Both the position numbers and the translations under genes were made by a program. The notes beneath the pieces are model-generated. The model searched no databases, had not been told where the DNA came from, and worked only from the letters and a program-made list of their open reading frames with translations. DNA of 64,000 nucleotides from Camelus ferus. Lineage: Eukaryota. This document shows, piece after piece, positions 36,021-49,033 of the stretch (positions within the stretch are counted from its first letter, which is position 1; every line of letters starts with the position of its first letter). The stretch lies in contig NC_045697.1 in assembly GCF_009834535.1 (NCBI RefSeq), positions 39,186,001-39,250,000 on the forward strand, given 5' to 3'.

Positions 36021-37641
36021 TGGTTTTCTCAGTTTTTTTGTTTGTTTGTTTGTTTGTTTAACTTTAGAGTTCAACTCAGAGTTGAATGATACAATAACTA
36101 AAATGAAAAATACACTAGAAGGACTTAATAGCAGATTAGGTGATAAGAAGAATGCATAATTAAACCAGAAGATAGAATAGTGGAAATCACCTATCAGAAA
36201 GGCAAAAAGAAACAAGAATTTTTTAAAAATTAGAATAGATTAGGAACCTATTAGACAATGACAAGTATATTAATATTCACATTATAGGGATCCCAGAAGG
36301 AGAAGAGAGAGAGAAAATAGCAGAAAATTTATTTGATAAAACAATGGCAGAAAATTTGCCCAACCTAGGGAAGGAAACAGATATCCAGGTTCAGGAATCA
36401 CAGAGAATTCCAAACAATAGAAATAGATAGAAAATAGAAATTGAATCAATAATCTGAAAAATCCCAACAAGTAAAACTCCAGGGTCAGATGGCTTCATGG
36501 TTGAAATCTATCAAATATTTAAAGAATATTTAATGCCTATCCTGCTCAAACTATTCTAAAAATTTGAAGAGAAAGGAACATGTTCAACTCATTCTACAAG
36601 ACCAACATCACCCTAATACAAAAACCAGATAAAGATACCACAAAATAGGATGTTATAGGTCAATATCCATGATGGACATAGACACAAAAATTTTCAACAA
36701 AATATTAGCAAATCTAATTAAACAATACATTAAAAAGACCATAAATCATGATCAAGTAGGATTTATTCCAGGGATGCAAAATCATTTCAATGTCTGCAAA
36801 CCAGTCAATGTGATACATCACATTAATAAAAGGATAAAAATCACATGATAACCTTTAATAGAAGTAGAAAAAGCATTTGACAGAATTCAACATCTATCCA
36901 TGATAAAAAAAAGTCTCAAAAAGTGGCATAGAGCTATAGTGGTATAAGCTATTTATGACAAACCCATAGCTAACAAAAGATGAAAGCTTTTTCTCTAAGA
37001 TCAGAAACAAGACAAGGATACCCACTCTTGTCCCTCTCATTTATCATAGTATTGGTAGTCCTAGCCACAGCAATCAGACAAAAAATAAATAAATAAAAAA
37101 CATCTAAATTGGAAAGGAAGAGGTAAAACTGTCCCTTTTTACAAATGACATGATACTATATATAGAAAACCCTAAAGACTCTAATAGAAAAAATTAAAAA
37201 TTTAAAAGCCTATCAGAACTAATAAATAAGTTGAGGATACAAAATTAATATACAGAAATCTGTTACATCTATACACTAATAATAAACTATCAGAAGAAAA
37301 AAAATCCCACTTACAATCACACCAAAAATAATAAAATACCTAGAAATAAAACTAATCAAGGAAGTAAAAAGAAATGCACTCTGAAAACTATAAGACATTG
37401 ATGGAAGAAGCTGTAAACAACACAAATAAATGGAAAGATATACCATGCTCATGGATTAGGAGAATTAATATTGTTAAAATTTACCCACTATTCAAAGGAA
37501 TCTGCAGACTTAATACGATCCCTATCTAAACACCCATGGAATTTTTTCACAGAATGATAACAAATAATTCTAAAATTTGTACAGAACCACAAAGATCCTG
37601 AACAGTCAAAGCAATCCTGAGAAAGAACAAAGCAGGAGGTA

Positions 37642-38265
37642 AAAAGCTAAAGCTCTGAACATTCTTAGAAACAATGAACAGTACATATATGTAAATTAAA
37701 ATATATGTGCAGTGAAAAAAAATGAGCTATCAAGCCATGAAAGACATGGAAGAAACTTAAAAGATATATTACTAAACGAAAGAAGTCAGTCTGAAAAGGC
37801 TACAAATTGTACAATTCCAACCAAATGACATTCTGGAAAAGACACAGCTACAGAAAGAATAAAAAAATCATGGTTTCCAGGGGTTTGGGGAGAGGGAGGG
37901 AGGGAGGGAAGAATGAGTAGATGGAGCACAAGGGATTTTTAGGGCAATGAAATTATTCTGTATGATACTATAGTGGTGGCTACATGTCATTATGCATTTG
38001 TCAAAGCCTGTAGAATGTACAACATCAAGAGTGAACCCTAATGTAAACCATGGACTTTGGTTAATAAAATGTGTCCATGTTGGTTCATCAATTGTACCAA
38101 ATATGTCACACTGATGAGGAATGTTGAGAGTAGGGGAGTATAAATGTGTGGGTGGGGAGGGCTATGTGGGAACTCTATTTTCTGCTCATTTCTGCTGTAA
38201 ACCTGAAACTGCTCTAAAAAAATTAAGTCTATTAAAAATAAAAATAAAATAAATTAAAAAAAAAA
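37642..38265 (+). mobile_element. Retroposed cassette: about 65 bp non-L1 sequence, L1MC1/2-like 3' end, poly(A)
   Basis: Perfect 13-bp TSD aaagcaggaggta (37629-41 / 38266-78) splitting the host ORF2; L1MC-type aatgagctatcaagccatgaaagacatgg...aaactgctctaaaaa. Confidence 0.85.
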
Positions 38266-39323
38266 AAAGCAGGAGGTATCATTCTCCCTGACTTCAAACT
38301 ATACTACAAAGCTATAGCAATCAAAACAATATGTTACTGCCACAAAAAGAGACATACAGATCAATGGGAAGTAGAGAGCTCAGAAATAAACTCGTGCACA
38401 TATTGTCACTTAATCTAAGACAAAGGAGGCAAGAATATACAATAGAAAAAATAAAGTCTCTTCAATAAGTGGTATTGGGAACACTGGACAGCGACATGTA
38501 AAAGAATGAAACTGGAATGAAACTCAAAATGGATTAATAATTCAAATGTAAGACCTGAAACCATAAAACTCTGAGAAGAAAACATTGGCAGTAAGCTTTT
38601 AGACATTGATCTTGGCAATATTTTTTTGGATCTGTCTCTTCAGGCAAGGACAACAAAAGCAAAAATAGACAATTGGGAATACATTGAACTAAAAAGCTTT
38701 TGCATAGTGAAGGAAATCATCAACAAAACAAAAAGGCAAATTACTGAATGAGCAAAGATACTTGTAGACTTCATGTCTGATAAGGGTTTAATATCCAAAA
38801 TATGTTAAAAAAAATACAACTCAACATAAAAAAATCTAAGCAAAAAGTGGGCAAAGGTCCTGTACAGGCATTTTCCAAAGAAGACAAACAGATGAACAAA
38901 CAGGCACGTGAAAAGATGCTAAACATCACTATAATTCAGGGAAATGCAAATCAAAATCACAATGAGATATCGCCTCATTGAGATACCACCTGTCAGAATG
39001 GCTATTATCAAAAAGACAAGAAATAACAAGTGCTGGTGAGGATGTAGAGAAAAACTGTCATGCACTGTTGGTGGGAATCTAAACTGGTACAGAGACTATC
39101 GAAAACAGTATGGCGGTTCTTCAAAAAATTAAAAATAGAACTACCATGTAATCCAGCAATTCCAATACTGGGTATATATTTAAAAAATGAAAACACTAAT
39201 TCAAAAAGATATAGGCACCCCTATGTTGATTGCAGCATTAGTTACATTAGTTGAGATATGGAACCAATCTAAGTACCCATCAATAGATGAATGACAAAGA
39301 AGATGTGTACACACACATGTGCG

Positions 39324-39326
<3 letters not shown>

Positions 39327-39376
<50 letters not shown>
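39327..39376 (+). repeat. (AC)25 microsatellite
   Basis: Direct reading. Confidence 0.95.
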
Positions 39377-39379
<3 letters not shown>

Positions 39380-40579
39380 AGGAATAGTACTCAGCCATAA
39401 AAAAGAATGAAATCTTGCCATTTTCGACAACATGGGTTGGCCTAGAGGGTATTATGCTAAATGAAATACATCACACAGAGAAAGACATACCCTGTATGTT
39501 TTCACTTATGAGTGAAATCTAAAAAACAAAACAAGTAAACAAACATAACAAAACAGAAACAGATTCACAAATACAGAGAATAGTGGTTGCCAGAGGAGAG
39601 GAGGGTGTGGGGTTGGGCAAAATGGGTGAAGTGAACTAAGAGGTACAAACTACCAGTTGTAAAATCAGTGTCACAGGGATGTAATGCACAGCATCACGTG
39701 ATCAGTAATATTGTAATAACTTTGTATGGTATGTAATCTATAAAAATATCAATCATTGTTGCACACTTGAAGCTAATATATTGTAAGTCAAATTATACTT
39801 CAATAAAAAATAAAATAAAATTCAGAAGATGGTCTTTTAATCTTAAAGAAGAAATGAAACCATTAGATACAGTGTTGTGAGGGGGATATAAAGGCAAGGT
39901 GGCAATTGCTAAGAAAGGAGTAAATGGATCCCATAAAGCAAATTTTATCTTCCTCGTGATTTCACTTAGGATCAACTTGAAACCTGAAAACACATATGAC
40001 AAATTGTACAATGCTAAGTTTCAGTGTTAGCCAGAGTAACAAATTTGTTCTGTATTCCTATTCTGAATTCAGAGCAAAACTTCTTTGTCACTATCTTAAG
40101 CATTATCCATTTAATTTATTATGGGAACGAGAGGAACAGTTTTTCTAAGGAATTTGTGATGAGAATAAAGATGAAGCTTAGAGTCAAAGCAACAAATAAC
40201 TGAGAGAGATGAAATGAGCTTTTTCCACAAGGACAGGTCGAGTTTTTTTTTTTTTTAATAGAATCAATGTATTAGCAGAATTTACTGGCAGAGGAGAGTT
40301 AATTAGAATTGATTACACATCACACTGAGCTATACTTTCATAATGGATGTCACACTTGCAGATGGAACCTGTATCCTAGATTATTTTATTAAGTTGAGGG
40401 TATCCTTCTGATGGGAAGAAGGCTCTAAAGATTCAGGAAGATGCCCTCCACAGTTGACAAGCCTCTGGTGGTGTTGGAAACCTCTCCTTTACAGAAAAAT
40501 GCTCTTTTCCAGTCAGATGCTTTTCTTTCAGAGAATTAAGTTCTAGGGAGTCACGAGTGGGCCACCAAGGGCAACGAGT

Positions 40580-40800
40580 GGGAAGAGCATGTCTTTTGGA
40601 AGCAAAATGTCAATTTGAATCATAGCTCACCCCTTAATACACTAAATAGTTTGGGCAAGTAACTTGAAATTTTGCAAACCTCAGTTTACCCATGAGTAAA
40701 ATGGAAATAAAACTATCTATATAAGAGGCTGTTGTAAAGATTAAGCACTATATATAAATTTCATGGCCTGGGACCTGGCACCATTAAAGGAAATTCAAAG
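40580..40800 (+). mobile_element. MIR SINE
   Basis: ttgggcaagtaactt...cctcagtttacccatgagtaaaatggaaataa. Confidence 0.75.
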
Positions 40801-41254
40801 TGTTGATTCTCCTTTACTGATATGTATATAATAGCATTCTAAAATATGTTATTACTTTAATATTTGTACTTTTAAAAATATTTTTTCATGTTTTTCTCCT
40901 TATTGGCCAGAAGTGTTCATTGCTTCCAAGAAATTTGGTATCTTTATAGCTGAGATGCAACATAAACAAACATTTATGTTCATTTCTTCACTTGCAAAAT
41001 AGGCATTAGAAGTGCATCTCTGAAGCAATAGTCCTGAAACCCAGGATTTTCCTTGTAATTCTGGGCCTTTGTGATTTAAAAAAAAAAAAAAATGTGTTCT
41101 AAATCCAAAAGCTTATCTTTAAATATCAAGGAACCAAACTTGACTGCCAGAGCATGTTTTTACTATACTCCACAGACCCGGAAAGGTGCAGGATACGGCA
41201 CAAGTGCCTACTCTACATATAGCGAGGAGAGTATAACAGCTGACACAGCTGCAT

Positions 41255-41440
41255 TTTGTATTCCAAGTCCTTTAGACACGTTAACTCACTCATCCTCATT
41301 ACAACATTTGTAGAGATAAGGAAATTGATGCTCAGAGATGTTAAGTAACTTATCCAAGCTTACAAGGCTTACAATTGATGGCCCTGATATTTGATCCTGT
41401 GTGATTTGGCTCTGGTCTACGCTCTTAACTACTGCACCGT
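41255..41440 (-). mobile_element. MIR SINE
   Basis: agataaggaaattgatgctcagagatgttaagtaacttatccaag. Confidence 0.75.
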
Positions 41441-42399
41441 GGTGCTGTAAAAGCAGGTCCTGGGCTTGGGAGGAGGTGCTTGGAGAGTATCGGTAAGAAA
41501 GATCTGAAACCCAAACACTTGGAGGGGGCAGATAAACAAAAGCTCCAGTCAGATTTTGAAATTCTAAAGCAAAGGAAGCTATGTAAAAATGGCCTCACAG
41601 AGGGTCCCCACTCCCATCCCCACCCCTGCCACACACACACACCAGTCCTGGAGCAGCAGACACACTGGCGTGGAGCATTTGTTCAGAAGCAGGACTTGCA
41701 GCAGCAGGCCCTTTGCTTCGCTTGTCCTACATGCTCCTGCATGCCAGTGGGGTGCCCTGAATGTCACTGGGGCATTAAGTGCTCCTGGAGTTCAGAAACG
41801 GGGTGAGGTGTGCTGAAATGCACTTGTTCAGGGAACGTAGATCTGGCAGACCACTGAGGTCTGGACAAGGAGAGCATAGAGTTGCTGCACTGGGGCTGGA
41901 GTCCAGCCCCCCAACACATCAGCCCTGCTCTCAGCTCAAGGAGCAAAAGGAGAATTATTTGTTTATACTGCTATAAGGCATTTTTCATAGATTTTGGGCT
42001 GCACAACCTTTGATCATTTATTCATATGGTAATTGTTTGTAATATTTTCTATAGAGAGAATAAAAAGTTGGATAATTCAGGTTTTCCTCAAGGATCATTG
42101 ATTGACATTTACTTTTTTTTTTTATAACTGATCGTTAGAAAACATAAATGATGTGGCCTCACAATAGATGTATCAGCTGTCGGTGCCTGTGCCCTGCAAA
42201 CACAGGAATTGTAAGTTCTATTGCATCATTTCCATCAGAAAAATATATATAAGTATCACTTATAATTGCATATGCTGCATTGTTGAGCGTATACCTGGCC
42301 TCAAAAATCCCTACGTCAGGTTTCAGTGAGAACAAAATTTTCTGCTGACAATGTTACCCCTCTGGTAACTGGAAGAATCATAGGCTTCTCCCCAAGCCT

Positions 42400-42875
42400 T
42401 TTCTCCTCCACTCCCCACATGCTGCTAGTGCCAGGCATCCCAGGCACTATTTCCAGATATGCCCCCAGCCCTCCACAATTCTGCACTGCTGTAGCGGGTG
42501 ACAGACGATTTCTAGGACCCATTTCTACCCAAGGTTCACCAGCCTACAACTTAACTATTCATGGAAGTGACTGTAAACCACATAAATAAATCCCACTAAA
42601 TACAAACTGAATGTATCCGCATCTCAACTTCCCCTTCTCATATCCCCCCAAATTCCTACAGCTACCCCAAAGCGGCTTCATATGAGGGAAATTTTGGTGG
42701 AGTGGAAATCAAATGGCAAACAACAGTGGTCTTAATCAACTGCTACTAAAATATTTTACTTCTGTAAATGTTAAAAAATCTATGACCATGTAGACCCATC
42801 ACTGCTGCCCCTTCAAAGGTTCAGAAGAAACCCCAAAGTTTAAGCTTTAGTAACAGTACAGTAAATCCAACTCTG
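42400..42875. mobile_element. MER115/Zaphod-like hAT-Tip100 fragment
   Basis: gtggtcttaatcaactgc..aaaatattttact...tatgaccatgt...ttaagctt...gtaaatccaactctg end. Confidence 0.6.
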
Positions 42876-43549
42876 CATATGAGATACTTCAGGCAAGACC
42901 AAGGAGGACAGGATGACAGAGCAGGGACCTGTGACCTTTCCCAGGAATTGAGATCTCATCCTGGGGGCAGGGAAGGGGGCAGAAACACTGACATATTCTG
43001 GAAAAGGGGAAGATTTAAACTGAAAGTGACTAAAAAAGTCTCGAATGAGCAACTTAAAGTTCTTCCCCATTTCTAACCAAAACTGAGGGTTTCAATGCCA
43101 GTTGAGTTCAGTTACAGAAAATAAAATTACATTTCTGCATTTCTAAGCGGTGATTTTCTATATAACCCCTACTCCATATGAAAGAAAATGACTGAAACAG
43201 AGAGAAGTCAAGGAATTTAACCCTCTGTCCTAAAAAGATTGTGAGTTAATATGAAATAAAAAAAGCAACAGATAATGGCAAGGATAGTTTTAAATAACTT
43301 TCTGTGGTAACCTTGAAATCCCTACGGTTCTGGAGGATTTTGACAGAGACCTGGACCCAGAATGGGTTTCTCCTGTTTTGGTTTCAGTGTGACACTGGTG
43401 ATTCTGCCAGGTTTGGAAACATCACCTGGTGACTGGCCATTAAGCTTACCCCTGTGTTAACCCTTCTCTCACCAGAAAGAGTGATAGAGGAAGCTGGAAC
43501 AAGCTACTCCATCAAAAGATAATGGAAAGGAATAAATTCGGTTGATCCT

Positions 43550-43935
43550 TGTTATGGACTAAATTGCATCCCCCAAATTCATATGTTGAAGTCCTACCAC
43601 TAGTGCCTTACAATGTGACTTTGGAGACAATATGCATTTGGAGCCAGGGTCTTTAAAGAGGTAAATTAGGTTAAAATGAAGGCATATGGTGGGCCCTAAT
43701 CCAATCTGACTGGTGTTCTTACAAAAAGAGGAGATAGGGACACAGACAACATAGACAGAAGGAACACCAGGAGGACACAGTGAGAAGGCTTCTGTCTGTG
43801 AATCAACCAGAAGAAACCAACACTTTAATACCTTGGTCTGGGACCTCCAGCCTCCAGAACTGTGAGCCAATAAAGCTCTGTCGATCAAGACCCCAGTCTG
43901 GTATTTTGTTAAGGCGGCCTTAGCAAACTCACGCA
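43550..43935 (+). mobile_element. MLT1B-like MaLR solo LTR
   Basis: tgttatggactaaattgcatccccc...gggccctaatccaatctgactggtg...ctccagcctccagaactgtgag. Confidence 0.9.
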
Positions 43936-44544
43936 GCCCTAAACCGGGGTCTGGGTGGAGAAGAAGTTTCTCTTTATGCTCACAAATGACCGTGACATTC
44001 ATGAAAGGTTTTCTAATAGCATCGCACCTCTGATACCATCTCTTCCACGTTTTTCCCCATATCTCCCCATCCCCTCTGGGCATCGAAGGGCCTTTTTTTT
44101 AAGGGGAAATACCCTAAAAATATGGGGCCTACACCCCTGATGACGCCTGTTGGGGGTCTTAAGCACACACTGTGGATCCTGGAGACTAGTGACAATTTCT
44201 GTGTACAAATTAGTCTTTCTCTGTGGTTTATCTTCCTTTCTCTGGAAATGTAATGTTTCTCTGGGAATTTAGTATTTCTACCTTTGAACTAAATTGCTGA
44301 GTCTATATATGAGATGGATTTTTTCCCTATCATTTTTATTAAAAAATAAGTGTGTGTGTGTGTGTGTTTGTTATATAAAATATCAACACTTCGTTTTTGT
44401 GCCAGAGTTGTTAGCATTTGAAGGTAGGCACATGTTTTATATATCAAAAAACAGAAAAAGGGTTAACTCATTTTTTTATATTTCGCAAGTTTTATGCAAC
44501 ACGAAGTCCCCTTTTCTAGTAGACAGGCGTCATTTAAAAAAGGG

Positions 44545-44768
44545 AAAGGCTCCGCAGCTGACTGTGAAGATGAGGGAAGGGGCCACGGGCCAAAGAACAC
44601 AGCTGGAAAAAGCATGGAAGTGGATTTTCCCCTAGAGCCTCCAGAAGGAAAATAGCCCTGCTGACCGTTTTAGACACTGACCTCCTGAACTTTAAGATGA
44701 TGAACTTGTGTTGTTTTAAGCCACTAAATTTGTGGTGGTCTGTTACAGCAGTAATAGGAAGTGAACAG
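44545..44768 (+). mobile_element. MLT1D-like LTR 3' part
   Basis: ggattttcccctagagcctccagaagg...ttttaagccactaaatttgtggt. Confidence 0.8.
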
Positions 44769-45228
44769 TCAGTGTATACTGCAGTATACCCTGCACGCCC
44801 AAGCTCTTCCCTGGTCCTAAAAACGTCATGGGAAGGCCCAGAAACGTACCAAAATTCTCCATTCCACTCTCCATTGGAACATGAATTAAATCGTGCTATC
44901 AATCTGACCCAATAAATGGCTCCCTGGGGAGCAACATGGCGATTTTGTGGCCCTTGAAGCCACATCTCTTCCAATCCACTCCTCCTTCCCCCATCTGTGT
45001 GGGCCTCTTCCGAATACTGAGCTCCTATCTGGACTCCTACTGGTCCTGTCTTGACCAAGGCTCCAGAACCTGTGACTACCCGTAACTTGTGCCAACCCAG
45101 CACCCCCCCCAACCCCGGCAAGGAGGGCCACACGCTGACACAGAGCAGGGTCTTAGCAAAGCAGAATAGAGATGCTAAATCCTTTCCTAAGCCACAAGGC
45201 TGAGAGCAACTTCTTAAGATCTAGTCTA

Positions 45229-45331
45229 CGACTATATGTATAGATGTGCACGACTGGGACATTGCGCTGTAAGTGGGAAATTGACACATTGTAACTGACT
45301 GTACTTCAATAAAAATTTTAAAACTTAAAAA
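45229..45331 (+). mobile_element. Very short young camelid-type L1 3' tail
   Basis: gactgggacattgcgctgta..gaaattgacacattgtaactgactgtacttcaataaaa; TSD aa(g/a)atctagtcta. Confidence 0.85.
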
Positions 45332-45354
45332 AAAATCTAGTCTAGCAGAAGGAC

Positions 45355-45560
45355 ATAAATAATAGCTAACGTTGCCTTGAGTGCTCCGTTTGTGTGGCGA
45401 CTTTCCATGCATTATCTTATTTAATCTTTATGGCAATGCCTATGAGGAGGTATTTTATTACCCTCATTTTACAAGTGAGAAAACCGAGGCTTCACGAGCA
45501 TCATTACTTTGACTAACGCTACGCAGCTGGGGCTTGAGCCCAGGCAGTCTGACTCAGAAC
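45355..45560 (-). mobile_element. MIR SINE
   Basis: attaccctcattttacaagtgagaaaaccgaggct...gagcccaggcagtctgactc. Confidence 0.8.
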
Positions 45561-46074
45561 ATCTGCAGAGACTTCTAGCCAATCATGCAGTGAGGTCTTG
45601 GGCGATGTATTTTAAGGCTACACAATAAGAAATTATCACTTCGTCAGAGAAGGGAGTGTTAAGATGCTAAGTAGGGAGGAGGTGAGTTTTAGAGTCCCAG
45701 CTAACGGAGGTGGAGTCTAGGACAGGGACTCAGCCACAGAAAAGCAAAGAACAAAGGCAGAAGGGAAAACAGCAGAAAGCCATCTGCAATAGGACCTGGA
45801 GCAGAGTGAAGCCACAGCCTACACTCACCTGGGAACCAGGTAAATGAAGTTCCTCCAGTGTGATTGGTGGGGTGGCTTGAGAGAACAGCAGACATTTCAG
45901 GCTTTACTAACAAGAGAGAAGGAAGTTAATTACATCTTCATTGCTGGGTTTTGTTGACTTGGGGCACAAGAGAGGCTGAAACGTTTGGTGTTTGGCCCTT
46001 TCTGCCGGCTGTGGGAAGGGGCTAGAGCTGGGCAAGGTGGGTACTGAGGTAGGTCAGTGTAGTCCTGATGGGGG

Positions 46075-46305
46075 TGGGCAATGGAGCCCCTCCGCCTGGG
46101 CTGAAGTCCTACCTTGCTGCCTGCTGGCTGTGAGACCTCGAGCACATTACTTAATCCCTCAGCCCTCAGTCTCCTGACTGCAAAATAGGGAATTAATAGA
46201 ACCTACCAGACAAAGCTTTGGAAGGATTACATGGACAGAACATGTAAAATTCTTATGACAGTGTATAATTCATAATAAGCTTGCACAAGATATTAGCTAT
46301 TATTA
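46075..46305 (+). mobile_element. MIR SINE
   Basis: ggctgtgagacctcgagcacattacttaatccctcagccctcagtctcc. Confidence 0.8.
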
Positions 46306-48449
46306 TCACCTGCCCCTTGGAAGTTTCCTCTTCTCTGCCTACCCCTCCTCATTTACATGTGGAATCCCCTACATTTTAACCTTTATTTCAACTGGTATCC
46401 AGTTTTGAGCTTCATATGTGATAAAGCCCCAAACCTGTTATCTTTTAGGTGGCAGGTCAATTGTGCCAATCATATTTAGTAATTAAATCCCATTTAATTC
46501 TTTTTTGATTAGGTAAACTTTCCTCTACTTCTCAGTTAGTTATACCATTCCATGTATTTCTTTTTTCTTCTGGAATTTCTATAGTTTGCATGTTTTATCT
46601 CTGGGATATGTCCTTCAATATGTCCTTCAATCTTTTCCAGTGTGATTGTTCTAACTTTGCTTTGTGTTTTGCATTTTTCAACAACCCCCTTTTCCCAGCT
46701 GCAGCTTGTAGGATCAGATTAATTCTCTCCCTGCACACGCAGCTCCCTCCACCCCCTACCCCCGACCCCCCCCCCCCCACCGGGTCTGCTCAGCTCAGCC
46801 ACACCCAGTTTCTATCTATGGCAAACACCTGTGTTCACCGCCTGCCCATACATCTGATTTAGGTAATGTGCTCCCCCAGGCTCCTCATTAACAAGACTGA
46901 GCCTGGACAACAGAACTGATCTGAATTCTCAGGTTTGGAAACTTGAGCCCAGGGTTTGATTGTCAAAGTGTAAACTCTTAATGGCTCTACGGTTCCTGAT
47001 GGTAGCATGGGCTGGGACATCCCTACAAGCCTTAGGGAGCACTGGATTATCTATCCTTTTTAGAATCAATGGGGGAGAAGGGTCGTTAGATGTGCAGGAG
47101 AATTTCATTCCATCTTTTAGCCTTTAAAAAAATTCCAGATAACAGTACAAATTCTCTGAAGTACACTTGTAAAGATGATTCTCTGACCTAAAATTCTTGC
47201 ACTCTGCCCAATAACACTGGAAAAATAACACCTCCTGGATAGGAGCCTCCTTAGACATTCATGAAAATCACTCCCAGAAAACACACATACAAACCTGTGC
47301 TCGAAATTTTGCAGAGAATCTCAGGAGGTTCACGTCACCCCTGAAACTGACCAGGGACTCCAAGTGAATTCCTGGTTGTCAGTTAAAGAGAATTTTCTTT
47401 TTTATTATTCTCTAATTTTTCTTATGCTTTTCTCCCAACCCAGTCACTTATACTTCCTGCCAATTTTGTAACAATTTAACCACAAACAAACATACGTACA
47501 TATTCGGCATCTTGATTTCTAAACAAGTACCAATCCAAGAAGTTCCTTAGCATCCAATTGTAGGCTGGGCACAGGGCTTCTGGACAAGTGAATAAGAAAC
47601 ATTCCTTGTCCTTAAGGAGCTTGCAGTGAACCCTACTTACTAGTAGGACATACCCTCTATGAGAAGAAAGGCATTGAGATGAGCGATATGGGTCCAGGAA
47701 TATATCCATCTTGGCTAATAAAATGAAACTTGATTTAATGGAGAGCAGCAAGGAAAGAACAGCTTGGAAGGATGCAGTTTTCTTGTTAGCCACATTGCTA
47801 TTCTGACCTCACTTCGCCTTTGGTTTATGTTAAATTAAAGTTAACTTCAGCCAGCATCAATATGTTTAAAACGACTGGGGTTTTCCTCAGAGCAGAATCA
47901 ATAAAAAGGCCTAATGGCTTCAGAACAAATTGATTAAAATTTCATTTCATCCCTGACATTTAAAGCAGAGCATTACAAGTAGCTTGCTTGCCAGCAAGGA
48001 AAACTTTGATGTAGAAGTGCTGTAACTTAAACTATTTTTCCAACAGTGAGCCAGGTTGAGATTTACTAAAATAATGATAATGATGATGATGACGATGTCT
48101 GTCCTTCATTGAGCATCAGCCATACGCCAGACACCATGGTGGTTTCTCCACATGCATTATCTCTAGTCCCAGCAACAACTCTGAAAGGTAAGGACTATTA
48201 TTTTATTTCACATATGAGAAACTTCATATTAAGTAATTTGCTTAAAATCACACATAAATGGACGAATGCACACAAATGTGCAATATTTGCATGAAAGACA
48301 AAAGTCACTTTGATTTATTCACACGAATATTTTGTATTGTGCATTATAGAAAAGCTATATCTATTTCTGTTTCCCTTACTCTTGCAACTTACATTTTTAT
48401 CTTTAGATATTAAATCTCTCTGTAGTATTTTCCCAAAATTCTGAGAAGT

Positions 48450-48955
48450 AATGGTAGATATCTGTTGTTTTTGTCTGCTCAGCTTTCACACCTCCTTCAA
48501 GTAACAGTACCTCTATCCACTTTCAGTCCATGTGATTAAGGGGGGCCTGACCTCATCACCTGACTCCAGAGCTAGGCATATGAGTCATGCCTATCCAATC
48601 AAAGCACTGGGTCACCCAGACTTCAGGGTGTCTGGTTTTAAGATGATCACATGACTAAGCAGGGTAAACAAGAATTGTCCTCCAAACTTTTGTTGGAACT
48701 CTTGGGAAAGAACATTTCTTTTTACTGACCTTGCTAGAATGATAAGGCACAAGCCTAGAGACAAAGAAACAACCTGCCTGAATTTGCAGTTGCACAGAGG
48801 AGTGAAGTGTCATGTGAGGAAGAAAGGGAAATTCTTGGATGCATTTGTGCCTGAAGCCATCTGAACTTCTTCATCTAATCATTTAATGAATATCTCCCCC
48901 CCCACTCCTCTAGTGTAATTTCCTAATTCAATCAAAAGAAGCCTAACAGAGTATA
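48450..48955 (+). mobile_element. Old MaLR LTR (MLT1K/L-like)
   Basis: tggtagatatctgttgtttttgtctgctcagc...cagtccatgtg...ccaatcaaagca...gcctgaagcc. Confidence 0.6.
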
Positions 48956-49033
48956 ATTTCAGTCTGTAAATTTATATTAGATGCTCCTCATGTTTTGAAA
49001 ACACTAAGACAGTAAGAATTAATGAGCAGATTC

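Larger units (their letters stand above)
36065..39820 (+). mobile_element. Degenerate L1 (L1MA9-descended/cetartiodactyl): ORF1 piece, internally deleted ORF2 (RT to C-terminus), 3' UTR
   Basis: ORF1-like gggatcccagaaggagaagag; ORF2 ccagggtcagatggcttc (PGSDGF), LFTNDM (degenerate RT FADD) at about 37135, [28 protein letters not shown] tail at about 39800. Confidence 0.92.

Noticed and set aside
36065..39820. Active reverse transcriptase or novel RT system
   Set aside because: Many stops and frameshifts, catalytic FADD degraded to FTND, endonuclease domain deleted
43559..45133. Longest ORFs (174 aa and 199 aa, minus strand)
   Set aside because: They run antisense through MLT1 LTRs, have non-ATG starts and no recognisable domain
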